A DNA stretch of 64,000 nucleotides. It comes from Clostridia bacterium (GTDB taxonomy: Bacteria; Bacillota; Clostridia; Christensenellales; QALW01). This document shows, in pieces, positions 45,695 to 56,043 of this stretch. The translations under genes and the position numbers were made by a program. Under the pieces are notes generated by a model, which had not been told where the DNA came from, made no database searches, and saw nothing but the letters and a program-made list of their open reading frames with translations. The DNA lies in contig JAZRZN010000103.1 in the NCBI GenBank assembly GCA_045601365.1, forward strand, positions 4,435 through 68,434, in the 5' to 3' direction. How positions within the stretch are numbered: the first letter of the stretch is position 1; the number at the start of each line of letters is the position of its first letter.

Positions 45695-46888
45695 TTATTT
45701 TTTGTATGAGCTTGAAAAATCGGAAGAAACGGCGCTTGCGTTTTCGTCCTTTGAAACGGTTGAATTTTTGATATGCTCCTGAAGAAGCTCATAGTATTTC
45801 TTGCCGTCAAAGGGAATGTCAACGGCTTCGTTTGTCCAAGCGGACATGAGCATCGCATCGGCGAGCTGAACACCCTTTATGCCGTCTGAGGCAGGTGCGT
45901 AAAGCTCTTCAAGTCCGAGCAGTGTGTTTGCGAAGTTGTTGAGTATTCCGGCATGCTGGGGATTGTCGCCTGTCGTGTCTACCTCGATGACCTCTGCCTT
46001 GGGCTTACTGAATGAGGCGGGCTCTGTCTTTATATGCTCGCTTGTGGGCATTTCGTTCTTCCAGAAGGTGACCTTACCTTCATCGAAAACAAGCTTCCCG
46101 AGTTCGCCGGTAACTTCGAAACGGTTTGTTCCGGGGGCATCGCCGGTCGTTGTGATGAACACGCCGGTAGCGCCGTTCTCATATTCAAAGTAAGCGGTAA
46201 CGTCGTCCTCTACCTCGATGTTGTGATATTTACCGAACGAGCAGAATGCACGTACCTTCTTGGGCATCATATCGGGTATCCACTGAAAAAGATCGATGTT
46301 GTGGGGAGCCTGATTGAACAGCACGCCGCCGCCCTCGCCCTTCCATGTAGCACGCCAGCCGCCGCCGTCATAATATGACTGTGTGCGGTACCAATCGGTG
46401 ATTATCCAGTTAAGACGTGTGATCTTGCCGAGTTCACCGTCAGCGATCATCTGCTTCATTTTCTTGAATGCGGGGTTCGTTCTCTGGTTGAACATGATGC
46501 CGAGCTTAAGGTTGGGATATTTTTTGGCTTCCTCAAGCATTTCTTCCACTTGAAGCGTATAAACGCCAGCGGGCTTTTCAACGATGGCGTTCATGCCGTT
46601 CCTGAGCGCCTTGATGGCGTATTCGGGGTGGAAATAGTGGGGGATGGCTATGATGACTACATCACAGCATTTTGCGGCGATAAGCTCATCGCCCGAGCCG
46701 AAATACTGAACGTGTGCGCTCTCCTCGGGATGCTCTGCGGCGATAGCCTTGATGCCGTCAAGCTTTTCGGGCTTGAGGTCGGCGATAGCGGATACATAGC
46801 CGTTTATGATCTTGCCGCCCATAAAATTGTAGAAGTGCGCTCTTCCCATGTTACCTGCGCCGATGATACCGAATCTTATTTTTTCCAT
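45695..46888 (-). CDS. Gfo/Idh/MocA-family oxidoreductase (long, ~400-aa type)
   Basis: FGIIGAGNMGRAH and VEKPAG motifs. 397 aa. 13-nt overlap with the upstream TIM-barrel gene. Confidence 0.85.
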   Translation of the reverse strand: MEKIRFGIIGAGNMGRAHFYNFMGGKIINGYVSAIADLKPEKLDGIKAIAAEHPEESAHVQYFGSGDELIAAKCCDVVIIAIPHYFHPEYAIKALRNGMNAIVEKPAGVYTLQVEEMLEEAKKYPNLKLGIMFNQRTNPAFKKMKQMIADGELGKITRLNWIITDWYRTQSYYDGGGWRATWKGEGGGVLFNQAPHNIDLFQWIPDMMPKKVRAFCSFGKYHNIEVEDDVTAYFEYENGATGVFITTTGDAPGTNRFEVTGELGKLVFDEGKVTFWKNEMPTSEHIKTEPASFSKPKAEVIEVDTTGDNPQHAGILNNFANTLLGLEELYAPASDGIKGVQLADAMLMSAWTNEAVDIPFDGKKYYELLQEHIKNSTVSKDENASAVSSDFSSSYKK

Positions 46889-47760
46889 TTTCCTTCTCCT
46901 TCTGCATAACCTGAATTTTTTAATATATCCTTGAGGGCATTGACTGCCGCATCAAATGATTCATTGTTGTCCGCATATTCAAAATGATGTTTAAGCGTAC
47001 GCTTGTCAAGATTCGAATAGCCCGTGAAATTGAAAAGATGAGGCTCTACGGTAATGAATGTGTCCCTGTCGCCGCGTGCCGCTGCCGTCTTTTCGATAAC
47101 GAGAGATATTTTGCCGTCGCCGAAGCCTGCGGGAACTATTGCGTGATCCTCATATGTGCCGTCCTTGATGTGCAGATAATCTACATAGGGGGCGATGCGG
47201 TCTATTGCTTCGGGGATATCTTCGTTTTCCATTATGTAGTTGCACGGGTCGAATATCGCGTGCAGACGCGGAAGCTTTTTTTGCAAATATTCGCACTCAC
47301 GCGCAAGCCGTCCGAAAATGCGGGCTTCGTTTTCGTGGCAGAGCGTCACGCCCTCTTTTTCGGCGTAATCAAGCATCGCCGTAAGACGTGCAAGCACTTC
47401 GTCGGCATAGTCCATGGCATCTTTGCCGTCGGGAATAAAGAATGAGAACATTCTTATTTTTTTTGTGCCGAGTATCTGTGCGGTCTTTACCGCCTTTTTG
47501 AATCGCTCGAAATGCGGTTCGAACGGCTCAATGATGTCATACTTGCCGATGGGCGAGCCGAGCGAGGAGACCTTGATGCCGGCGGAGGCAAGCTCGTCGG
47601 CAAAAGCCTTTATTTCGTCTTCCGTATAGTCTATCACGCATTTGCCATCTATGGCGCGTATCTCGATATACTCAAGACCGTTGCGCTTGAGCGCATCTAT
47701 CTGTCCCTTTAAGTCCGATGCCGCTTCGTCGGCAAATGCCGAAATCAAAAACCGTGCCAT
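46876..47760 (-). CDS. Xylose-isomerase-like TIM-barrel protein ('sugar phosphate isomerase/epimerase')
   Basis: 294 aa from ATG 47760 (TAATG overlap with the upstream stop). LEYIEIR, LCHENE and HIKD motifs typical of the AP_endonuc_2 fold. Confidence 0.8.
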   Translation of the reverse strand: MARFLISAFADEAASDLKGQIDALKRNGLEYIEIRAIDGKCVIDYTEDEIKAFADELASAGIKVSSLGSPIGKYDIIEPFEPHFERFKKAVKTAQILGTKKIRMFSFFIPDGKDAMDYADEVLARLTAMLDYAEKEGVTLCHENEARIFGRLARECEYLQKKLPRLHAIFDPCNYIMENEDIPEAIDRIAPYVDYLHIKDGTYEDHAIVPAGFGDGKISLVIEKTAAARGDRDTFITVEPHLFNFTGYSNLDKRTLKHHFEYADNNESFDAAVNALKDILKNSGYAEGEGKWKK

Positions 47761-48551
47761 TATTTTATCCAACCCTTCGCTTTGATATTGTCGTAGCTTA
47801 TCTTCATCTGTTCCCAACTGCTGCTGAACGTGGGCGCATTGTCCTGTTCTACATAGGCGACCTTGACGGTCTTTACGTCGTTGAGAGCTTTGATGATATC
47901 ATCTGTCGGCATACTGCCGCTGTATATGGGAGTTATAAGCTCATACGGCTGTTTGCCTTCACACTCGGGATGGAAATCCTTCAAGTGAACATATTCAAGA
48001 CGGTCCGCATATTTTCTGATGTATGCGGGAGCATCCGCGCCCGCGAACGCCGCCCAGCCGCAGTCAAAAGTAAAGTTCCAATTCGTTTTCTCAAAGAAAA
48101 TGTCAAGGGGAAGCGGTTCGCCGTTCCTGCTTGCGAACTCAAGTGCATGGTTGTGATATGCGAGCTTGAGACCGGCATCGTTGAGCTTCTTTGTGGCATC
48201 GGAAAGGTCGGATACCATTTTTTCGGCAAGTACGTATCTTACACCGTCGATTTCCTCGAGGTAGCCGCCGGGATATCCGATACCGACAACATCGACACCG
48301 AGTGCCTTGTGCCTTGCGATGACATCGGCGGTATTGTTTATTATTTCAGCTATACCGCCTCCGACATGGGTAAGACCGATGTGCAGACCGAATTCTTCAG
48401 CCGCGTCGCGAGTTGCAACAGGGTCGTATGCAAAGCCGCTGACCTGAACGCTTGTATAACCGATATCCTTCATTGCCTTGAAAGTATTTCTGATACCGTC
48501 CTGTGAATCGCATGTGTCGCGTACCGAATAAAGTTGTGCGCCGATTATCAT
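47760..48551 (-). CDS. Xylose-isomerase-like TIM-barrel protein ('sugar phosphate isomerase/epimerase')
   Basis: 263 aa. MIIGAQLYSVRD..., AYHNHALEF, YVHLKD. RBS ggaggtg. Confidence 0.8.
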   Translation of the reverse strand: MIIGAQLYSVRDTCDSQDGIRNTFKAMKDIGYTSVQVSGFAYDPVATRDAAEEFGLHIGLTHVGGGIAEIINNTADVIARHKALGVDVVGIGYPGGYLEEIDGVRYVLAEKMVSDLSDATKKLNDAGLKLAYHNHALEFASRNGEPLPLDIFFEKTNWNFTFDCGWAAFAGADAPAYIRKYADRLEYVHLKDFHPECEGKQPYELITPIYSGSMPTDDIIKALNDVKTVKVAYVEQDNAPTFSSSWEQMKISYDNIKAKGWIK

Positions 48552-48572
48552 AATTACACCTCCAAAAAAATA

Positions 48573-48601
48573 TTGAAAAATTATTCAACTTGTATTATAC
48601 T
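48573..48601 (+). promoter_or_regulatory. Putative promoter of the AraC regulator in the divergent control region
   Basis: TTGAAA (48573-48578), 17-nt spacer, TATACT (48596-48601). Confidence 0.45.
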
Positions 48602-48685
48602 ATATATGCAACGAAAAAAACATTGCAAATTATGCTGTTTTTATAGCAAATTTACAAACAAAATTCAATATCGGAGAGTATTTTT

Positions 48686-49492
48686 GTGGAACAGGCTGAA
48701 CATATACGGTTCAAAGGCTTTTATTATCATCATACTGTGACCGACAGCCCGGTGAAGGATGACTTCCAGAGGCACTGCCATAATATGTACGAAATAATCT
48801 ACATCAGGCAGGGAAGCGGCACGTTTTTTGTCGAGGGCTCGTCATACAGTATACATCCGGGATGTCTGCTCGTATTTCGCCCGAGGGAGTTCCATTGCAT
48901 CAATATATCGCAGGATTGCGGCTATGAGCGGCTCGTAGTGCATTTTGACGAAAGCATCGTCTTTGAAAATTCGGCTCTTTTGCTTGATATTTTCAATAAC
49001 AGAGAGCTGGGTGTGAACAATCTTTATCCCGGGATAAATTCAAATATATCGGATACGTTTGCACGCATCTCGTCATGTACCGAGCTGAATGAGCCGGAAC
49101 GTTCGATAATGGCAAAGCTGATCCTTAATGAATTGCTTGTCGGTCTGCATAACGAATTTTCGCCCGGAGCGCGGTCTGAAACGGGAGAAAGGCTCATAAC
49201 ACGCATGGTAAATTACATAAATGATAATATTTCGGAACAGTTCAGGCTTGAAGAGCTTGCCGAAAAATTTTTCATTAGTAAATACCATTTGGGGCATATG
49301 TTCAAAAAATATACAGGCATGCCGGTCATGGAATACATAATACGCAAGCGTGTGGTGCTGGCACAACAGCTCATCGCCGACGGATGTCAGGCGTCGATAG
49401 CCGCGTCAATGTGCGGCTTCAACGACTATTCGGCGTTTTACAGAGCATACATAAAATATATAGGAGCCAAGCCTTCGGAGGAAGCAAAATAG
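48686..49492 (+). CDS. AraC-family transcriptional regulator (cupin sensor + HTH)
   Basis: GTG start 9 nt after ggag. N-terminal cupin (HCHNMYEIIYIRQGSG) and C-terminal AraC HTH (FISKYHLGHMFKKYTG...GFNDYSAFYRAY). Confidence 0.85.
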   Translation: MEQAEHIRFKGFYYHHTVTDSPVKDDFQRHCHNMYEIIYIRQGSGTFFVEGSSYSIHPGCLLVFRPREFHCINISQDCGYERLVVHFDESIVFENSALLLDIFNNRELGVNNLYPGINSNISDTFARISSCTELNEPERSIMAKLILNELLVGLHNEFSPGARSETGERLITRMVNYINDNISEQFRLEELAEKFFISKYHLGHMFKKYTGMPVMEYIIRKRVVLAQQLIADGCQASIAASMCGFNDYSAFYRAYIKYIGAKPSEEAK

Positions 49493-49500
49493 AAAACATT

Positions 49501-49534
49501 GCGGAAGTTATTCGGTGACTTCCGCAAATTTTTT
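49501..49534 (+). terminator. Rho-independent terminator of the AraC gene
   Basis: gcggaagt (49501-49508) pairs with acttccgc (49518-49525), followed by aaatttttt. Confidence 0.6.
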
Positions 49535-49607
49535 ATCATTTACACAAAATTTTCTGTTGACACGAATTTGTTTTTCATATAATATTGTATATACTCAAAA
49601 TCCGTAC

Positions 49608-50735
49608 ATGGGAGCTGATAATGCATTGCTTACAAGTGATGAGCTTTTCTGGCTGTATGTAAATAATATCAAAAATATGTATGCATACAGGTTTTCCGCA
49701 CTGTATTTTAAGTACGGGGAAAAACAGAAGCTTATTGATGCGATAGCGTGCGGAGAAGTGCCGGATTATATCGAAAACGATGCAAGAGACGATATCCTGA
49801 GCAATGCGTGGCTTGACAAAGCAAAGCGCCTTGAAGAGTATATGGCGGGCAGAAATATCAGGCTGATACTGCATGACGACCGAAGCTTTCCGAATGCACT
49901 CAGAGAAATACCGTCACCGCCTGCGCTCATTTACTGTATCGGCGATATTACGGCAACAGAGGGACAGTGCGCCGCGATAATCGGTTCAAGAGTATCGACA
50001 TCATACGGGCGCGAGTGCGCCGCACTGTTTGCATCCGAGCTTGCGAAAAACGGGATATGTACGGTTTCGGGTATGGCTGAGGGAATAGACGGATGCGCAC
50101 AGCGTGCCGCCATAAAAAACGGCGGCAGAACGGTCGCGGTTCTCGGCGGCGGTGTGGATCGCATATATCCTGTTGTGAACAGAGACCTTTATGATGAAAT
50201 ATGCGCTCACGGTGCAGTGATAAGCGAATATCCGCTCTCGTCGAATCCGATGCGCGGGAATTTCCCGTACAGGAACAGGATCATAAGCGGTCTGTCGAAA
50301 TGCCTGATCGTTATTGAGGCGGGGATCAAAAGCGGTACGATGTCTACCGTAGATCATGCGCTTGAGCAGAATAAAGATGTGTTTGCACTCCCCGGCAACA
50401 TTACTTCGCCGACGAGCGCGGGCACGAATTATTTGATAAAGAGCGGATGCACATGCGTCACTTCGCCGGAAGATATTCTGGAAGTGTTCGGCATTTACGG
50501 AAGAAAGAGATCGCTCGGACCGAGTATCCCGGATGACGGTTCGTTTGAAAAAATACACAGGGATATAATAAGTTTTTTAAGCATAGAGCCTTTGGCATAC
50601 GAGGAGCTTGAAGCAAAGCTCAAGGCAGAGCCGACAGAACTCAATACCGCGCTCATGATGCTTGAAATATCCGGCTATATAAACAAAAATGCCGGAAGAA
50701 TATATGAATTAAACAGACAAGGCGGAAATAACTGA
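49608..50735 (+). CDS. dprA: DNA-processing protein DprA/Smf
   Basis: ATG 49608. AIIGSRVSTSYG, SGMAEGIDG, VLGGGVD, VIEAGIKSGT. C-terminal winged-helix. Confidence 0.85.
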   Translation: MGADNALLTSDELFWLYVNNIKNMYAYRFSALYFKYGEKQKLIDAIACGEVPDYIENDARDDILSNAWLDKAKRLEEYMAGRNIRLILHDDRSFPNALREIPSPPALIYCIGDITATEGQCAAIIGSRVSTSYGRECAALFASELAKNGICTVSGMAEGIDGCAQRAAIKNGGRTVAVLGGGVDRIYPVVNRDLYDEICAHGAVISEYPLSSNPMRGNFPYRNRIISGLSKCLIVIEAGIKSGTMSTVDHALEQNKDVFALPGNITSPTSAGTNYLIKSGCTCVTSPEDILEVFGIYGRKRSLGPSIPDDGSFEKIHRDIISFLSIEPLAYEELEAKLKAEPTELNTALMMLEISGYINKNAGRIYELNRQGGNN

Positions 50736-52826
50736 ATGTCAAAACTTATGATAATGGAGTCACCCCACAAGGCAAAAACCGTAGGCGGTTTTTTGGGTAA
50801 GGAATACAAGGTGGTAGCCTGTACCGGTCATATAATCGACCTGCCAAAAAGCAAGCTCGGCATAGATGTCGAAAAGGATTTTCGACCGCAGTACACGATG
50901 ATATCGTCAAAACGGGAGCTTGCCGATCAACTCAAGGAGCAGGCGGCGGCGGCAGATGAGATATATCTCGCAACGGACCCTGACCGCGAGGGAGAGGCGA
51001 TAGCATGGCATCTTGCCGAGCTTCTGAAGATACCGCAGGATGCCGCTTGCAGAGTAACGTTCAACGAAATAACGAAAAACTGCGTTACAAATTCGATAAA
51101 AGAGCCGCGCGCACTCGATATGGACCTTATCGACGCACAACAGGCGCGCCGCGTGCTTGACAGGCTCGTCGGCTATGAGATAAGCCCGATACTCTGGCGT
51201 AAGATAAAGCGCGGGCTGAGTGCCGGCAGAGTGCAGTCGGCGGTCACGAAAATAGTCGTTGACAGGGAACGCGAAATAGAAAAATTCGTGCCCGAGGAGT
51301 TTTGGGAGCTTGACGTATGTCTTGCTTCTCAAAAGCCGAAAAAGAAGTTTTCCGCGCATTTCTTCGGAAATGTTGACGGCAAGATCGACCTTAAGAACGA
51401 AGCCGACGTGCAGGCGGTGATGTCGGAGCTTGAAAATGCCGCATACAAGGTGAGCGAGTATAAGGAAGGCACAAAGAGTAAGAACGCACAGCCGCCGTTC
51501 ACTACGAGCGTGCTTCAGCAGGATGCCGCGCGCAAGCTCGGATTTACCACAAAGAAAACCATGACGCTTGCACAGCAGCTCTATGAAGGTGTTGAAATAG
51601 CAGGTGTCGGCGCGGTCGGACTTATCACATATATAAGAACGGATTCGGTGCGCATCGCCGCCGAAGCTCTTGAGGATGTGCGCGGATATATTTCACGCAA
51701 TTACGATGCGAAATTTCTACCCGCAAAGCCCAATTTCTATAAAACCAAGAAAAACAGTCAGGACGCTCACGAGGCGATCCGTCCGTCGTCAACGGAGTTT
51801 TCCCCGGAACGCGTAAGGGCAAGCCTTACAAACGATCAGTACAAGCTCTATAAGCTTATATTCGAACGCTTCGTAGCGTGTCAGATGTCGCCCGCCAAGT
51901 ATTCGACGATAAATGTAAGCATCCTTGCGAATGACAAATATGTCTTTAAGGCATCGGCGTCGAAGCGCACGTTTGACGGCTTCATGACGCTGTATTCCGA
52001 CGGCGAGGAGGAAAAAGACTCTGCGCTTCCCGAAATGAAGGTCGGCGATGAGCTTATCTTCGAACGCTTCGATTCGGCACAGCACTTTACACAGCCGCCG
52101 CAGAGGTTCAATGAAGCATCGCTTGTAAAGGAAATGGAGGTCAAGGGGATAGGCAGACCGAGTACCTATGCCACCACCGTTTCGACGATACTTGAGCGCG
52201 ATTACATCGAGCGCGATAAAAAACAGCTCAAGCCGACAAATCTCGGCATTTGCGTAACGGACATGATGGCGGAGAATTTCCCCGATATAGTGGATATCAA
52301 ATTCACCGCGTCAATGGAGGAAAAGCTTGACGGTGTTGAAAGCGGTGACGAGGAATGGGTGAAGGTCGTTTCGGATTTTTACGGCCCGTTCAGAAAAACG
52401 CTTGATAAGGCAAGTCAGATAGAGCGTGTGAAAGTCCCCGTTGAAAAAACGGATATACCGTGCCCCAAGTGCGGCGAAATGATGGTAGTACGCAGCGGCA
52501 GATTCGGTAAATTCCTTGCCTGCCCGAACTATCCGCAGTGCAAATCCACAAAGCCGCTCCCGGCTGACGAAATAAAAGAGCCTTGTCCCAAATGCGGCGG
52601 CAAGCTCGTACAGCGCATTTCCAAGAAAGGCAAAAAATTCTACGGCTGTTCGAATTATCCCGAGTGCGATTTCGCTTCGGCAGGTCTGCCGACAGGCGAG
52701 AAATGCCCGCAGTGCGGAGGCTTTTTGATAAAAGGATTCAGAGGCAAGATACTTTGCAATAACTTCGATTGCAAATATGTCAAGTCGGCTAAAAAAGAGA
52801 AAGATACAGAAAAAGAGAGTGAATAA
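50736..52826 (+). CDS. topA: DNA topoisomerase I
   Basis: TOPRIM N-terminus LMIMESPHKAKT, active-site region ITYIRTDS, and three C-terminal CxxC...C zinc ribbons. Confidence 0.95.
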   Translation: MSKLMIMESPHKAKTVGGFLGKEYKVVACTGHIIDLPKSKLGIDVEKDFRPQYTMISSKRELADQLKEQAAAADEIYLATDPDREGEAIAWHLAELLKIPQDAACRVTFNEITKNCVTNSIKEPRALDMDLIDAQQARRVLDRLVGYEISPILWRKIKRGLSAGRVQSAVTKIVVDREREIEKFVPEEFWELDVCLASQKPKKKFSAHFFGNVDGKIDLKNEADVQAVMSELENAAYKVSEYKEGTKSKNAQPPFTTSVLQQDAARKLGFTTKKTMTLAQQLYEGVEIAGVGAVGLITYIRTDSVRIAAEALEDVRGYISRNYDAKFLPAKPNFYKTKKNSQDAHEAIRPSSTEFSPERVRASLTNDQYKLYKLIFERFVACQMSPAKYSTINVSILANDKYVFKASASKRTFDGFMTLYSDGEEEKDSALPEMKVGDELIFERFDSAQHFTQPPQRFNEASLVKEMEVKGIGRPSTYATTVSTILERDYIERDKKQLKPTNLGICVTDMMAENFPDIVDIKFTASMEEKLDGVESGDEEWVKVVSDFYGPFRKTLDKASQIERVKVPVEKTDIPCPKCGEMMVVRSGRFGKFLACPNYPQCKSTKPLPADEIKEPCPKCGGKLVQRISKKGKKFYGCSNYPECDFASAGLPTGEKCPQCGGFLIKGFRGKILCNNFDCKYVKSAKKEKDTEKESE

Positions 52827-54122
52827 ATGAAAGTTTCCGTTATCGGCGCGGGGCTTGCGGGCTGTGAAGCCGCGTACCAGCTTCTTAAGCGCGGCTTTGA
52901 GGTGAGCCTGTACGAAATGCGTCCCAAAAAGCTTACGCCTGCGCATAAGGGCGGCGGGTTTGCCGAGCTTGTATGCTCCAATTCTCTGCGCTCCGACCGC
53001 GTCGAGAATGCCGCGGGTCTGCTTAAGGCGGAGCTTCGTGAGCTTGATTCACTTATCATGCGGGCGGCGGATAACTGTGCCGTGCCTGCCGGCGGCGCTC
53101 TTGCCGTGGACAGAGAAAGCTTTTCATCTTTCGTTCGCGCCGAGCTTGAAAAATTTGATACCCTTACGGTGATAAACGAAGAAGTGACCGAGATACCCGA
53201 TGCCCCGGTCATAATCGCGGCGGGACCGCTTTGCAGTGACACACTTGCCGAAAGCATACAGCGCATGACGGGTGAGGAACATTGCCATTTTTTCGATGCC
53301 GCCGCTCCGATAATCACTAAAGATTCGATAAATACCGACATCGCGTTTCAGGCGAGCCGCTATGAGCGAGGCGACGATTACATCAACTGCCCGATGGATA
53401 AGGAGCAGTACGAAGCGTTCGTGAATGCGTTGCTTGAAGCGGAGGTCGCACCCGTTCACGGCTTTGAGGGACAGGTGTTCGAGGGCTGTATGCCCGTCGA
53501 GGTAATGGCATCGCGCGGCATACAGACGCTTGCCTACGGTCCGTGCAAGCCTGTCGGGATAGTCGATCCGCACACGGGCAAAATGCCGTATGCGTGCGTT
53601 CAGCTTCGGCGCGACGATGCCGCCGACACGCTGTATAACATTGTCGGCTTCCAGACGCATCTTAAGTTCGGGGAGCAAAAAAGAGTGTTTTCAATGATAC
53701 CCGGGCTTGAAAACTGTGAGATAGTCCGTTACGGCGTTATGCACCGCAACACATATATTTGTTCACCGAAGCTGCTTGACTTTACATACGCGATGCGAAA
53801 CAATGATAAAATAGCCTTCGCAGGTCAGATAACCGGCGTAGAGGGGTATATCGAATCCACGGCATCGGGCTTTGTTGCGGCGGTCGCCATGGCGCAGAGG
53901 CTGAATAATGAAGATATCACGGATTTCACTTCGCTTACGGCAGTCGGCGCACTCGGACATTATGTTTCGTCCGGCAGCGGCAGGGATTTTCAGCCGATGA
54001 ACGTCAATTTCGGCTTGATCGATCCGCCCGAGATGCGCATACGCGGCGGCAAGCTTGCTCGGTACGCATATGTTGCACAGCGTGCGCTTAAAAAAATCGA
54101 CGAGTTAAAGGAGAAAATATAA
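52827..54122 (+). CDS. trmFO: Methylenetetrahydrofolate--tRNA-(uracil-5-)-methyltransferase TrmFO
   Basis: [36 protein letters not shown]. Confidence 0.95.
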   Translation: MKVSVIGAGLAGCEAAYQLLKRGFEVSLYEMRPKKLTPAHKGGGFAELVCSNSLRSDRVENAAGLLKAELRELDSLIMRAADNCAVPAGGALAVDRESFSSFVRAELEKFDTLTVINEEVTEIPDAPVIIAAGPLCSDTLAESIQRMTGEEHCHFFDAAAPIITKDSINTDIAFQASRYERGDDYINCPMDKEQYEAFVNALLEAEVAPVHGFEGQVFEGCMPVEVMASRGIQTLAYGPCKPVGIVDPHTGKMPYACVQLRRDDAADTLYNIVGFQTHLKFGEQKRVFSMIPGLENCEIVRYGVMHRNTYICSPKLLDFTYAMRNNDKIAFAGQITGVEGYIESTASGFVAAVAMAQRLNNEDITDFTSLTAVGALGHYVSSGSGRDFQPMNVNFGLIDPPEMRIRGGKLARYAYVAQRALKKIDELKEKI

Positions 54123-54658
54123 TGGAATTAAGAGGAACTACCATAGTTTGTGTCCGCAAAAACGGAAAATGCGCGATAGCGGGTGACGGTCAGGTCACTA
54201 TGGGAGAATCCGTTGTGATGAAGGCGGGCGCTGTCAAGGTGCGCAAGCTTTATAACGATACCGTTTCGGTAGGCTTTGCGGGAAGCGTTGCCGATGCGTT
54301 CACGCTTTGCGATCTGTTTGAATCAAAGCTTCAGGAGCATTCGGGAAATCTGTACCGCGCAAGCGTCGAGCTTGCACAGATGTGGCGCAGGGACAGAGCG
54401 TTGTCGAAGCTTGAAGCGATGCTGATAGCGGCGGATAAAAACGGTACGCTCGTGCTTTCGGGCACAGGCGAGGTCATCGAGCCGGATGACGGCATAGTCG
54501 CCATCGGAAGCGGCGGAAATTACGCGCTCGCCGCGGCACGCGCACTTGCGCAGAATACCGAGCTTGAAGCAAAGGATATCGCTTACAAGGCACTTAAGAT
54601 CGCCGGCGATATATGCGTGTACACCAACGATCACATAACCGTTCTGGAGGTAAACTGA
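54122..54658 (+). CDS. hslV: ATP-dependent protease subunit HslV
   Basis: [22 protein letters not shown] (N-terminal Thr nucleophile after Met-Glu-Leu-Arg-Gly). TAATG overlap with trmFO. Confidence 0.95.
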   Translation: MELRGTTIVCVRKNGKCAIAGDGQVTMGESVVMKAGAVKVRKLYNDTVSVGFAGSVADAFTLCDLFESKLQEHSGNLYRASVELAQMWRRDRALSKLEAMLIAADKNGTLVLSGTGEVIEPDDGIVAIGSGGNYALAAARALAQNTELEAKDIAYKALKIAGDICVYTNDHITVLEVN

Positions 54659-55977
54659 TGGAATATTCACCAAATCAGGTAGTAGACGAATTAAGCCGTT
54701 TCATAATAGGGCAGAACGAAGCAAAGCGTGCCGTGGCGGTGGCACTGCGCAACCGTTACAGACGCAGTAAGCTCCCGAAGGAAATGCAGGATGAAATAAC
54801 GCCAAAAAATATAATCATGTCGGGTCCCACCGGCGTCGGCAAGACCGAGATCGCGCGGCGCATCGCCAAAATTGTCGGCGCACCGTTCATCAAGGTCGAG
54901 GCGACGAAATTCACCGAGGTCGGCTATGTCGGACGTGATGTCGATTCGATGATACGCGACCTTGCGGAAGCTTCGATAAGGCTTATAAAGGAAGAAAAAA
55001 CCGTTCAGCTTCACGATAAGCTTGAAAACCTCACAACGAACAAGCTCATAGATATCCTTTTGCCGATGCGCAAGAAAAAGGATGACGAAAACAGCGATGT
55101 TTCTTCAAGGCGCGACGCTATCAAGGCAGACCTTGAAGCGGGGAAGATAGAAGATCTGACGATAGAGGTCGAGGTCGAGGATAAGCCCGCGGGCATGAAC
55201 GTCGAAATGCCCGGTCAGCCGGAGGTCGTTATAGGCGACATTTTCGGCGGAATGATGCCCAAAAAGACAAAAAAGCGCAAAATGCCCGTGCGTGAAGCGC
55301 GCAAGGTGATTTCTCAGCAGGAGCTGAACCGACTGATAGATATGGATTCCGTCACGCATGAAGCACTTGAGCGTGCCGAGCAAAGCGGAATAATATTCAT
55401 TGATGAGATCGACAAGATAGCCGGCGGAAGCCACGCAGGACACGGCGGCCCGGATGTCAGCCGTGAGGGCGTGCAGAGAGACATTCTCCCGCTCGTCGAG
55501 GGCTGTACGGTCAACACGAAATACGGTCCCGTCAAGACGGATTACATCCTGTTCATCGCGGCAGGTGCGTTCCACATGTCGAAGGTGTCCGACCTCATAC
55601 CCGAGCTTCAGGGCAGATTCCCGCTGCATGTTACATTGAGCGCGCTCGGCGAAAGAGAGCTTCGTGATATCCTTACGCGCACCGATAACGCACTCTTGCA
55701 TCAGTATCAGGCGCTTTTGAAGGTGGATAACGTCGATCTTAAATTCACCGATGATGCCATTGACCTTATCGCACATTTCGCATTTACCGAAAATGAGACC
55801 AAGGAAAATATCGGCGCACGCCGTCTGACATCGGTAATGGAACGTCTGCTTGACGACATATCGTTCACGGCGACCGACGAAATTCCGATGCATGAGGTCG
55901 TTATCGACACCGATTATATAAAGGCTCATCTCGGCGAAACTGCCGATGAAAAGAACCTGAAAAAATATATTCTGTGA
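54658..55977 (+). CDS. hslU: ATP-dependent protease ATPase subunit HslU
   Basis: 439 aa from ATG 54658 (TGATG overlap). Walker A GPTGVGKTEIARR, GIIFIDEIDK. Confidence 0.95.
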   Translation: MEYSPNQVVDELSRFIIGQNEAKRAVAVALRNRYRRSKLPKEMQDEITPKNIIMSGPTGVGKTEIARRIAKIVGAPFIKVEATKFTEVGYVGRDVDSMIRDLAEASIRLIKEEKTVQLHDKLENLTTNKLIDILLPMRKKKDDENSDVSSRRDAIKADLEAGKIEDLTIEVEVEDKPAGMNVEMPGQPEVVIGDIFGGMMPKKTKKRKMPVREARKVISQQELNRLIDMDSVTHEALERAEQSGIIFIDEIDKIAGGSHAGHGGPDVSREGVQRDILPLVEGCTVNTKYGPVKTDYILFIAAGAFHMSKVSDLIPELQGRFPLHVTLSALGERELRDILTRTDNALLHQYQALLKVDNVDLKFTDDAIDLIAHFAFTENETKENIGARRLTSVMERLLDDISFTATDEIPMHEVVIDTDYIKAHLGETADEKNLKKYIL

Positions 55978-56013
55978 CCGTGATGCCGCTGAAACATTCT
56001 TAATATGCAAAAC

Positions 56014-56038
56014 GCCCGGCATGTGAAGACTGCCGGGC
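56014..56038. terminator. Bidirectional hairpin between the convergent hslU and DUF4091 genes
   Basis: gcccggca (56014-56021) pairs with tgccgggc (56031-56038). T-rich on both flanks (gttttg on the minus strand, tgatttta on the plus strand). Confidence 0.55.
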
Positions 56039-56043
56039 TGATT

